A DNA stretch of 58,229 nucleotides from Chromera velia (lineage: Eukaryota): the NCBI GenBank assembly GCA_018398765.1, contig JAHBMJ010000051.1:1-58229 (forward strand), given 5' to 3'. How positions within the stretch are numbered: position 1 is the first letter of the stretch; each line of letters starts with the position of its first letter. Under the pieces are notes generated by a model. The model was not told where the DNA came from. It was given only the letters and a program-made list of their open reading frames with translations, and ran no database searches. Position numbers and translations under genes: made by a program. This document shows, in pieces, positions 37,283 to 48,123 of this stretch.

Positions 37283-39568
37283 TCAGCTGCCAGGAGGGCC
37301 TCTCTTGACCACTGCGTGAGAGGAAGAGCCTCCAGCAGAAGAGGTGATGAGCCCTGAAGATGTCCCTGGAGTCATGCGGCTGGACCTCTCCGCCGTCAGC
37401 CCCATCTCCACACAGGTGCGATGTGTAGTCACTGACTTCGTGATGCTTGACCAAACCGAGTCGACAAGCTTTTGAACGTCGATTTTATCCCTGTCTATCA
37501 TCCACGCCTGGGTTTCTGCTGCCGACAAATACTGCAATAAAAACAATAAAGCAGTTGAAGAGAGATTGAGACAACAGATCTGGACAGTCATAGTAGTTCA
37601 CTGTCACCTGCTAACACTCAGCAGCATGCTCATTCAAACAAAAAGCCAGATAACACAATCAATCGGTATCCATGCAGAACAGCAGCGCCCATCAATCAGA
37701 CGAGGATCCCAACGACCGACCCATGAGTGAACATTCGGTGGACGAGACTTTGCAACCAATAGTGAAAACCACAGACCAACGGAGCACTTTAGCAGATATC
37801 AGACGCTTTGCGCAGGTGACCAAGAGTCCATTGAACGGAAAGATGTAGAAGGGCTGAATCTTCGCTCTTCTCTGAAAGCAGCAAAAATGTTCTCAGACTT
37901 TTTGCGGAAGAGATCGGGGACTGACCCTGATTTTCATCTGCTCCTGAGAGGAGTTGTACCACTTTTTGAACTGGCGCACCATGTGCAGGGGCTCGTCTGT
38001 AACCATGAAGATGTAATAGTTTACACCATCCATGCGGAGGCAAGACAAAATCTGGTCTGCGGACATTTCTACTGTAATTCCACTGTCGATGCCTTTGAAA
38101 CTAGTTATACCCTCAGGGTGCGAGTCGTAATTGGAGTACTTGGCAACTGAAGGCCCGTGGAACTGTCGGCCGTGTGCTGCAGGGATTGATTGATTGCATG
38201 ACTCATCCAGATGTGTAAAACATCAAAATACATTGGGAGAGTCACTGGTGCATCGAAGATCTGACCGCTGCGCCCTTTGATGTCCCTCCCGTCCTGACTA
38301 GCTCGTACACTTTCTTGAGAAAGATCTCTTTGGCACGGCATGAAGTCAAAATCAGAGAATAGCTGGGGTGACTGCGCGCCAGCAGCTATTTTGCCGGCTG
38401 TCTTGAAGACACATAGAGGTTCCCCTTACGAAAAGAGAAAGAAGAATGAAAAACCGAGACTGAGTTCAACACAAGAACGAGACCGACCCGGTGCGTCCAG
38501 AATGTGGATCAGTGTCTTCGTGACTGAAGGATCGTCTCTCCAGGTGAACGGGGTGCAGTCAGGGTGGAATGCCTTCACGAGAGCTCCCATCACATCTTCA
38601 CAGAGATCTCCTCCTCCACTTGCGCGCAGTCTGTGGAGAAAAGTCTCCAATTCCTCAGGACGCGTGGTGAAGTCATAGGACTGAAAGTGTCCCTGACCGT
38701 CGTGGACGTCCCGGTACGCGAGAATTCCGAATCGAAGGTCATATGCGTCATCAAGAGAGGCGGCCTTCCGAAAGATCTCACTCACCGTGCTCTTTACGGC
38801 ATCAATCCACGGTTGCATCGAAGCTGTGGCGTCAATGACGACCAGCAGATCGACCTTCGTCTTCTCTGCCGCTTGGCCCATGTAGTGTGCGTACGACTGC
38901 TGCACAGACCTGGAGCCAACCTCACTGGCTAAGTGGACCTTGTCGATATCCACCCTTCCAATCAGCTGCTCGTTGATCTTGGCGTCAATTTGACTTTCCG
39001 AAACAGAATCCTCCGGGTGCCTGTGTGAAGAGCGAGGACGAGGTGGGGCAAGAGAGGAAGATCCCGAGGACCAGGAACTGCTGCAGGCTGAAGCCACTCC
39101 GCTCTCTCGGGAGTCCATCGGCTGTCGACCCATCACACTAGAACCACCGATGGGGGCAGCAGGTCCAGCGCCCTCGCGCGTTCCACGAAATGCTGAAAAT
39201 GCAGAGCTTCTACTAGCTTTCGAGCTCGTAGAGGACGTGCTAAGCCATACTCCAGCTTCTCTAGACCTCTCAGGCTGACTCCCAGCCTTGCTGCCGTCCA
39301 AAAGAGTTGCAGTTCCGTTGGTATTCATATTGACATGGTTCGCAGGCTTTCCGGGAAATGCGGAAAATGCGCTGATCCTTGAACTTGAACTGGAAGTTGA
39401 TGTGCCCGGTCGTGCACCGGCTTCCCGTGACATGTTCGCACCTCTGACGGTCTGCGTCCCACCAGATGAACCATCATCAGACATACGACCAACTGATGGC
39501 ATGGAGATAGGTACAGGGGGGGGCAAGTTGTCATCAACGCTACTTGTTGTCGAGCGCACGGTGGGCAT
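37283..39568 (-). CDS. Stand-alone von Willebrand factor A (vWA) domain protein of the VwkA/alpha-kinase-associated type; exons 39568-38488, 38176-37926, 37531-37283, about 526 aa
   Basis: VDLLVVIDATASMQPWI (MIDAS), FGILAYRD, ASGGGDLCEDVMGAL, W..., LIHILDAP|AHGRQFH, GVNYYIF, and a C-terminal helix LVDSVWSSITKSV, after a Ser/Gly-rich low-complexity N-terminus. Junctions are phase-compatible. Confidence 0.85.
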
Positions 39569-40163
39569 GGCGATTTTCGTTGCTTCTCGTCGGGGTCCAC
39601 AAGATATTCGAAAGAAACAAAGCTCCGCAGATTTTGTGTGCGGGAATTGCCTCCATATATCTATACTCCTTCACAAAGAGGGGCAGATGGAAAACAAGCA
39701 GGGCAAACAAAAAAATGCAGCCCATGCATGAACGTCGAATTTTGAGATGGAGACATGATCGATGGAGACGTGTGTCGCGAGATGTCTCGAAAGGAAGCCG
39801 AATATTCGGCTGGGCGCGCACATAGCGCGAACGCGCGATCCCATGCATGGCATGCGTGCATGCATGCATGCATGCGATTCATGCATGCAATTAATTAATT
39901 ATAAGGTCAGAAGCTAGAATTGCACAAAAGTCTGAACTGAAAACGTCAGGCTCTTGCTGTAAACTCCTCAACCAGTTGAATATGATCCTACCAGATTCCT
40001 ATGCAGGCTTAGATGGTAGTCGACAGCGAGTTCCAACATCACCAATTGTACTCTGTCTGTGCGTGAGCAGGACCGTCCACACACAGCGAAAAAACCGTTT
40101 GTGACGGTCCCTCTGAATTCCGAGACTTCTTTACGGAAACTCTCCTGCGAGGCAAGGTTGAAA
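39569..40163. promoter_or_regulatory. Putative bidirectional promoter with a palindromic (TGCA/CATG)n cluster at about 39840-39900
   Basis: 595 bp separate the two divergent ATGs; overlapping TGCATGCA copies are followed by AATTAATTAATT near the middle. Confidence 0.5.
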
Positions 40164-43100
40164 ATGGCTGAGCCAATCAAACTCAAGGTTCAAGTGCTGA
40201 AGCTTGTCCTTCCAGACCCCACGGTGCCGACAGTCGTCACCCAATCGCTGGGGGTGAAAGAGTTCACATTTGTGAAGGAGCTCGGGGAGGGCGGCATGCG
40301 ACGCGCCTACATATACAAGGACGCTGACAAGGAAATTATCGTCAAAGAGTTCAAAGACAGCAAGAGGAACACGTATGACCAGCAACTGAAGGAAAGTGCC
40401 GGGTCGATGTTTGCTGATTGGTATGCGAGAGAATTCAACCTCCGGTTGGAGAAGACAAAGTACGAGAAACGAAAAAGAGTGCGCTTCGTGAAGCCGATGC
40501 TCGGGAGAATTCTCAACGGGTTAGTTCTCGCATGCCGACAGGTTGATTTTTTGCACGCATTCGCTCTCCAGGCCAACTGACCAGAGCTTTAATACTGTCT
40601 TGCAGAAGGTACAAGGGAGAGTTTGTGACCATTGAAGATCTTCTCGAGGGCCAGTGGAAGAAGTGGAACGACAACACTGATGGTGTCTCGAGAGAAAACA
40701 ACACGCCACAGGCCTTCTCACACTTCACTTGGCAATTGTCAGACTCTCAGCAGCTGGTCATGGACTTGCAGGGGTTCAGTTTTCTTTGATTTCCCTCTAT
40801 CGTACGATAGACCGATTTAGTTTTCTGTTGACCCGTTTCAACAACCATTCTGCTTTTCCTTCCGTTGCTGCACACACAAGGCGCCTTTCGCTCCCAATTT
40901 TCCGTATTCGCCTCTTGAGCTCCCATCAACGGAGCTGACGAATTTTGTCTTTTTCTTGATTGGTTTTCTTACTTCATGCCAAATCGTCCCCGAAACGGAT
41001 TGTTTTTTTTCGCTTTGGCTCTGCTGCATGCAGACGGAAAAGGACCGGGTCTTTCATATGACAGATCCACAAATTCACACCCACGTGGGAGGATTTGGGC
41101 CCGGGAACCTTGGAGATCGAGGCTTCCGCGATTTTGTGCACAGCCATGTGTGCAACCCTGTGTGTGCTGCTTTGGGTCTTTCTCCAATGGAGGGCAAGGA
41201 AGGCAAGGCATGTCGTGCTGCGGGGGCAACTGCTGTGGTGGACACGTCCTGGAAACCTCCAGTGGTCAGCACATGTCGACCGCGTATTTGCATGCCGGTA
41301 CAAAAGCATGAGTATAAGTCATGCCAATCCTCTCTCTCGTTTCTCCTCACACTTGATCTGGAAGGCAATGCACAACAGAGCAACACACGACAGAAACCTG
41401 TGCGTCGCGCAAACAGCTCGTTCACTTTGGTTTTATTCGCATATTTGAGTTGCATGCAGGAAGAGGGCCCTCATTGGAGAGGATCATCCAGCACGGCACC
41501 CTCTTCGATCAACAGAGGGGACGGGAGGGGGGACCACTGGGCCCATGGCCTCGACGACGAAGATTTGGTCAGTTGCACTCACAAGAGTCAGACGGCCTGT
41601 CATATTTTGTGCCTGGTGCACGACCGTGTAAGCGGGGGCGTAAGGCCGTTTCTGTGCTTCTTAGTGAAAGTGAGGCTCGCTGCTAACAGCTCAAATTTGG
41701 CCATGTCTCATGGCGAATGGCCTGTGTGCGGGGGTGAACTTCTAAGTGCTTGCGCACGTTTGCTTTGTATTGTCTTGCGCAACTCTGTGTGTATGTGTAT
41801 GTGTGTGTGTGTGTGTGTGTGCCATTAATCGCAGATCGAGGACTTTCCTTTGCTGCCGGATGGTCGACTTCGCGAGACGCCCGCTTCGCGCGTGGTCAGT
41901 CACGCCTCAACGTGCTGGCACTCTGACGTGAATTGTACCATTCCCAGATTTGTGTGCCTGAACTGAGGAACTGACGAAAAGTTCGTTCGGACCGATGTTG
42001 TTCAGGATGCCACGAAAAGAATTTGGGATCATCTTACAGTCATCCAGTGACGCAGAAGCCGCATGCAAGCACATATGATTAAAAATGAGCAACGCCTAGT
42101 GAGTGTGTCAGCAACTAAAGCAATCGATGAGACTGTCCTCTGTGTTTGTCTGCATACAGCCTGAGGGCTTCATCTTCCCGATTGGCCCCGGTCTGGGATC
42201 TGAAGAAGCAGACATGGACACGATGGGCAAGTATGCAAATCTACTGGGTGCGATGAATCGTGCCGAGAACGGAATTCCAGACCCGAGAGTCCCTTTCCGT
42301 CCCACTCGCCGAGTTGATGCAGACTCATCACACGTAAGCCCAACTAGAAATTGCTGGCTCCAAGTAAGTTATCGGTTGTCTTGCTCACTCCAGATCCTGC
42401 CCCCTGCCTGCATATCGATTGCTTGCAGCCACTACACCGCTTCATTGTCAAAGGAGATTACAGCGGACTAGGCACCTTCCCTGATGGAACCACGGAATTC
42501 AATCTGCCTGATAAGGTATGCATGCTCTTTTGTGATTCTCTGAAACCATAGAAGCCCTCAGTGACGGAAAAGTGTGATTTTGTGGCTGATTCGTCCTCCT
42601 GATGTTTCTTTCAGCATTGTCGACTCCTCGATCAAGGCTCTTGCAGCTCTTTTCTGCAGCAGCTCCATACGTTCAATTCAGATGGTCTGAGTCAACCAGC
42701 AGATCTTGGTGTTAAATTGCACTCTGTATTACATTTGTGTCTTTTTCGGGGTTTGCGTAATTTCCGTTCGCTGCTAGTTTCCCTTGGGGAACCGTTATCG
42801 ATTTCTGTGCAGTTTTTCACTTCTGTTTCAGTGAGTATGTAAAACAACGTTCCCATTATAAGGTTTTCCTTGTGCTCATGGATGACCTTTACTTCTGGCA
42901 GAAGGGACGCTTCCCCCTCCATGTGGCGGTGGAGGCTCTGGATGCTACTGGAGGTGCGATGCCGGGGGAGTTCGCTCCCTGGCTGAGAGTTCTAGACGTG
43001 CTTCTCAGCAAAGGAGCCAACCCGAATGCACGCAACCGAGTAAGTCTTTCATGATGCGTGGCGTACGGCAGATTGTCAAACGTCGTAGACGTCAGCACAG

Positions 43101-43598
43101 AAATTCGTGCAAAAGAAACCTCGCCTGGTCTGAATACACAAGCTTACGCCCAACGAAGTCGAGGGAAGCAGAGTGGAGATGCTAGCTAATCCGGAGTCCC
43201 AAATGCTTTCAGCAGGCGGGGTGTGTACATGTGAAGGTGGCTGGACTCGTGAATCAATTGCAGTCTTCCCATTGTCTCTGCGATTCACCTTAAAGTTTTT
43301 GCCTTTTGCTTGATTTCTATTCCTGCAGGAGGGGAAAACGGCTCTACAGGTTCTTGAGGAGAAGATGTCCAGAATGAACAGACACAAGTACGATCAGCTC
43401 ATGCGAAAGGCAGAGAGTGAACACAAGGCACTGATGTATTCGAAGGCTTTCAACACGAGAAAAGAAGCCCGAGCAGCTGCACCAGGGCTAGAGCCCCTTC
43501 TTGCCGCAGAAACCGCGCTGCAAAGAGGCCCCGCGAATGCATCGGCAAGTCGTGGGAGAGACGCGCCTGACGCGTCCGAGTGGGGGCAGTGGGTGTGA
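40164..43598 (+). CDS. Alpha-kinase (eEF2K/MHCK family) with C-terminal ankyrin-like repeats; exons about 40164-40519, 40606-40773, 41034-41264, 41460-41567, 42160-42333, 42429-42515, 42902-43039, 43329-43598
   Basis: Kinase motifs GEGGMRRAY, IVKEF, FADWYAREFN, EDLLEGQWKKWNDN, TPQAFSHFTW, VMDLQG, TDPQIH, FGPGNLG..G, HVCNPVCAALGL. Ankyrin motifs PLH, GRFPLHVAV, LLSKGANPNARN-EGKTAL. The junction after DLQG is not cleanly in phase (a 1-nt G-run difference or a micro-exon is needed). Confidence 0.85.
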
Positions 43599-44692
43599 GG
43601 GATAGCGCATCTACACAAAAGGGGTGACCGAAAGCCAAAGAGCCAGAGAGGGGCTGGGTGCTACAGTGAAAAATAAGTGCAGATGAGTTCACGAGCTTTA
43701 GAGGGAAGAGTGGCGTGGCTTTGCTCCAACAGGCACTCCAAATGAATCCGATATTGAAGACTTGTGTGTGTGTCCTGAAATCAGATAAGATTTTGCATTC
43801 GACTGCAAAAAGAATAGTCGGGCGCGCCTGTCAAACATAGGAAAGATGAAAGCAAGACTGAAAAGGAACGATTTCATCAGCTGTTCAATCTTTCGTATTT
43901 CGCTAAGAGTGTTTCTCTGTGGAGCTTCTCTCACGATCGACATCCTGATCGAGTCTAAGCAGGGACGGTGTGACACACTTGCGCAGCCAAGCGTTGCTTT
44001 CTGCGTTACTCTCAGGAGAGGCGGGTAGAGCAATGCGTGAAAAGGAGTGAAAGGATCCAGAAAGCGATGCACTAGAGGAGAGAGATGCGCGATCTCCGCA
44101 AAGTACCGGTGCGTGAAGCTTTGGATAAAAGGAGAAGTGTAATTGAAACCTCGATGTATCGGGCTCACGGCCTTAGTAAGTGCGAAGCTGTACTCAGAAT
44201 CAATTCATGAGATAGTTCGACACTTAAAAGTTTACTAGATGTTCAAGTTAATTGGAAAATTCCCCTTCTGATTCCAATGACATACTCATTTTTATGTTAT
44301 CAAGAATCTATGTAAAAAATTTTACCTAGAGTTTTACTAGCAGTATTAAATCATATACGTTGCCAGTGAGTAAACCGACTTAAATTGACTAGTGGATCGA
44401 CTATAAACTTTTAAATGAATATGCAAGATCTTTAAAAAAAGTTTTTTCCCTTTTAAGTCTAAAATTGTTAATCGTATGATTATATAAGGCACACACCCTT
44501 ACTGTTTGTGCCGAACCTACGGAGGCGATCTCTTAAAAACAAAACGGTGACATTGTTTTAAGGTACTACTGAATCTAACACTGAATCACTTATCACTTTA
44601 AGACTCACTTATCTTCTAATATATGTAGTTATCATCATGAGCATAATTTATCTAAGCTATTGGCCCAAATACTAGCCAAAATAGGCTTTTAG

Positions 44693-47091
44693 TATGATGT
44701 GTATGCTGGTCGTGGCACGAGTGTGAGCGAGCGCCCCGTCTTTCTGCATTGACTGTAATTGAGCCGGCCCACGTGTATGTTTTTCTGGGGCCATGATTGA
44801 AGTGAGCGCACGCGTCGTTACATGTGATTTAGCCACACGAATCAACAGTCGCGTTTCTGTTGCATCAGTGTGTGAAGTCAGACTGACAGTCTGCATGACA
44901 ATAAGACAGTGGAAAGACGAACGACGATGGTCTTTCCGACTGACAGACTTTATACTGCCTACACCACATTCATGTAACAGGTGCTAGCAGAGCCTTTGTT
45001 CTGATCAAGGGGACAAGAGAGGCGTCGTTCGTTGATTGGGCCTTCGTTCAGTCAAATAAACCTCAGCGCATATGGTTATCGGAGCATCAGCATGCAGCCT
45101 CACTGTGCAGGTGTTCGCGACCAGTTGGGAGTTAGAGATCAGTAGAGAACCCTGTGATAGAAAGAGTAGGACATAGTAAGATGAAGTCACTTTTTAACAG
45201 AGCCGAGAAAGTGTTTGCGCTTGGAGAGAAGATCGAGCGTCTCTGTCAATGGCATCAGACACTTGAGAAGAGCTGTATAGACTTCGATGCGGTGATTGCG
45301 GACTCCAAGGTATGTCAATTTAATTGACCCCACCTTCCATCACAAGAACTTCATCGAGATGAAGGAGGTCAGCACACAGGATGAGGCGGCAACTTCGCAT
45401 GACACCGCAGGGAGGAAGAAGAAATGCAAGCGAGGCCGTCGTCTCTCATACGAAGCATGGTCCAATATCGAGTTCGAGAAAAACCATCAGACTGTGATGA
45501 AACAGCAAAAACAGATGATGACTTCAAGGCAGGAAGCATCAAAGAGTACAGCTGCTGTTCCAGTAGCTTCTCCATGGAGGAAAGAGGAGCTGACCGCCCA
45601 AGGAATTGTGAGAGGAGATGTGGAGAGAGACAAGAAAGATATTAAGAGCCCTCCCAAAGTACCCATTGCCCACATTAAGCAGATGGATGCAACCTGCAGG
45701 ATGCCTATCAGTCGTTTGATCACAAAGAGAGAGGTGTTGATAAAAGAAGAAATGGAAGAGGTAGAAACCATCTTCCAAGAGAGAATATCGCTCTCTCAAA
45801 TGGAGGAGACGAGGCGACCAGCAGCAGTCAACATGTCTTCACTCTTTACACAGTCAGGGAGAGCCTAAACAGATGAAAAGTTGAGCGAGGTGACGAAGAC
45901 ACGACGAAAGAAGTGGCGCCTTGCTTTTGCAGATATGATGGAAAGAAAGGCAAGTGTGTCAGAAGAGGAGAGAGTGTCATTGATGGGACCGGCAGAGAGG
46001 AAGGATAAGGAAGGCATACAAGAAAGAGTGCCGCTATCAGCCCTATCTGACGGGAGATGAAATGTTTTTCCAGTGGTGGTGGGATTGTCCAGGTCAATTT
46101 CTACAAGCTAAGCCGCAAAAGTATGATATAATCAAAGAAGAATCTGGCTTTGGATGTAGAAAAGTGACAAAGGAAGAAGGGGCGAGACAATGGCGTGCAT
46201 GGAGGTGTATGGAGGTGCATTGTCTCATAGTGAAATTGAGGAAGAATATGGCAGCCTGAGGGAGTGAAGAGAATGGGTAGTCTGGCCTGCAGTAGAGTCG
46301 ATTTGGTCTTGGTGATATAGAGTTAAGACCTAGCTAAGAGCTTGTGGTATGGACCCTTGTTCTGTCTATACGCCTGGGCAACCTAGTTTTGAGTCGTCGT
46401 CGACTTGAGAATGAGGGACACCACTTTGAGGGTTCTGCGACAGGGAGGGAACTAACCAGTGGTTGCAACCTGTGACGCAAGTCACCAGGAGGTTGGGAGG
46501 AGCTCGGTTCAAGTTTTCGCGAGGCTTAAACATCAGTCGCTTGCTGTTTGTGCGTTGTACGTCTGGTAGCAGACAGGGTTCCGTGATTGGGTAGAACTGG
46601 AGGATGGGGGTTCATGAAAATAAATTTTTTCAGTTCGTAAAAGGGCCCAATGAGATGTATATTTCTTTTTGTCTGATCGTTTGCTACTACAGCAGTGCGA
46701 GGAACGAGGAGAGTTTAGGAAAGTAGACCAGATTGTTTTGACTGGTGTGCATTGATTAAATGATCGGGGACAATCATTCTGAAGGAGGGACATGTGTGAT
46801 GTGTATGCTAGTCATAGCGCGAGCGTGAGCGAGTGCCCCGTCTTTCTGCCTTAACTGTGATTGAGCTGGCCCGCGTATATGTCTTTCCGGGACCATGATT
46901 GAAGTGAGCGCGCACATCGTTGCATGCGATTTAGCCATATGAATCAACAGTCGCGTTTCTGTTGCATCAGTGTGTGAAGTCAGACTGACAGCCTGCATGA
47001 CAGTAAGATGGTGGAAAGACGAACGATGATGGTTTTTCCGACTGACAGACTTTATACTGCCTAATACTGCCTGCACCACGTTCACGTAACA
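44693..47091 (+). mobile_element. Internally deleted non-autonomous LTR retrotransposon (LTRs 44693-44979 and 46795-47091)
   Basis: Direct repeats of about 290 bp with T(G/A)TGA...TAACA ends, perfect 5-bp TSD TTTAG, PBS-like GCTAGCAGAGCC, PPT GAAGGAGGGA. The 1.8-kb interior holds only a degenerate ORF and no RT. Confidence 0.9.
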
Positions 47092-48123
47092 TTTAGAGTT
47101 CGGCAGGTCACAATATGCTTAACGACATGTAACATCATGTAAGGCGGTTTGTTAGGTTTAATGATGGATTGAAAGACGATCATAATCCATTTTTTATAAT
47201 CTTTTTTTCACTATTCATCATACAAAAAAAAATCATTTCATGTCTTACAATTGTTTCCATATTTGCATGAGCGATGATCCTTTTTGCCATACACAACAAC
47301 TCCGACCACAAATTAAGGCGGTCTCTGCCCGGCGCCGAAGGCGCGCGGGCGGCCGGCTTCAGAGACATTCAGAGACTGCCAGCGCCGCGGCGCGCTTTCT
47401 GCCAGTGCGCAAAAGTAGGCAGTCGGGTTTAGCCAGTGCTGCCGAATAAGCTGTGTCGCATTCTGCCAGTGTACGTGTCAAAGGAGGAGGGATCGCCTGA
47501 TCATTGATCTTTTCAAAAAGTTTGAGACGTCGTCGAGCTTTGATCTGCAGCCTTTTTCCGGAAGTGCCGTCTCCGTCCGCCGTCTCCATCCTTCCCCTCT
47601 CAGCTCTTGAACACCAACATCGGGTGGGACGTCGAAGCGATGCACAGCTTTCTGCGACAGTGTCATTGTTTGCAAATCTCCATAGATTCTTTGGAATTCG
47701 CTGAGCAAGCTGTTCATCTTCGGTTTGTGTTTTCGGAACAGAATGCAGTGCATACGTGTCGCTATCCGTCGATTTCGGCCTCGTGTTTCTTTCTGTTTTC
47801 TGTTTTGCCTCCGTCTATTTTGATGACGTATGCCCCTCCCTGTCAGCAACGTCTCTCGTGAAAAATGTGCGCTGCGTCTTTTTCCTTCAGGCCTAGATTG
47901 AACCGGTTACAATCATGCAGTCGCACTCACACACTTTTCAAGTTGCTTAACACATTTGGAAGACAACCTGTTCTTTCACTCTTTCTGGCTTTGCTGAAGG
48001 TTGAGTCGCGGACCTGGGGTTTTTGAAGGGTCTGTGGTTTTATTCTTTTTTGCCCTTTCCTTGCGATCCGATTGATTGCATCCCGCCCTTTCTTGCGCCC
48101 GCAGTCGTCGGGAGCGGGGGCTC

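Noticed and set aside
47327..47360. GC hairpin as a Helitron 3' end
   Set aside because: No CTRR terminus at the expected distance and no Rep/helicase remnant.
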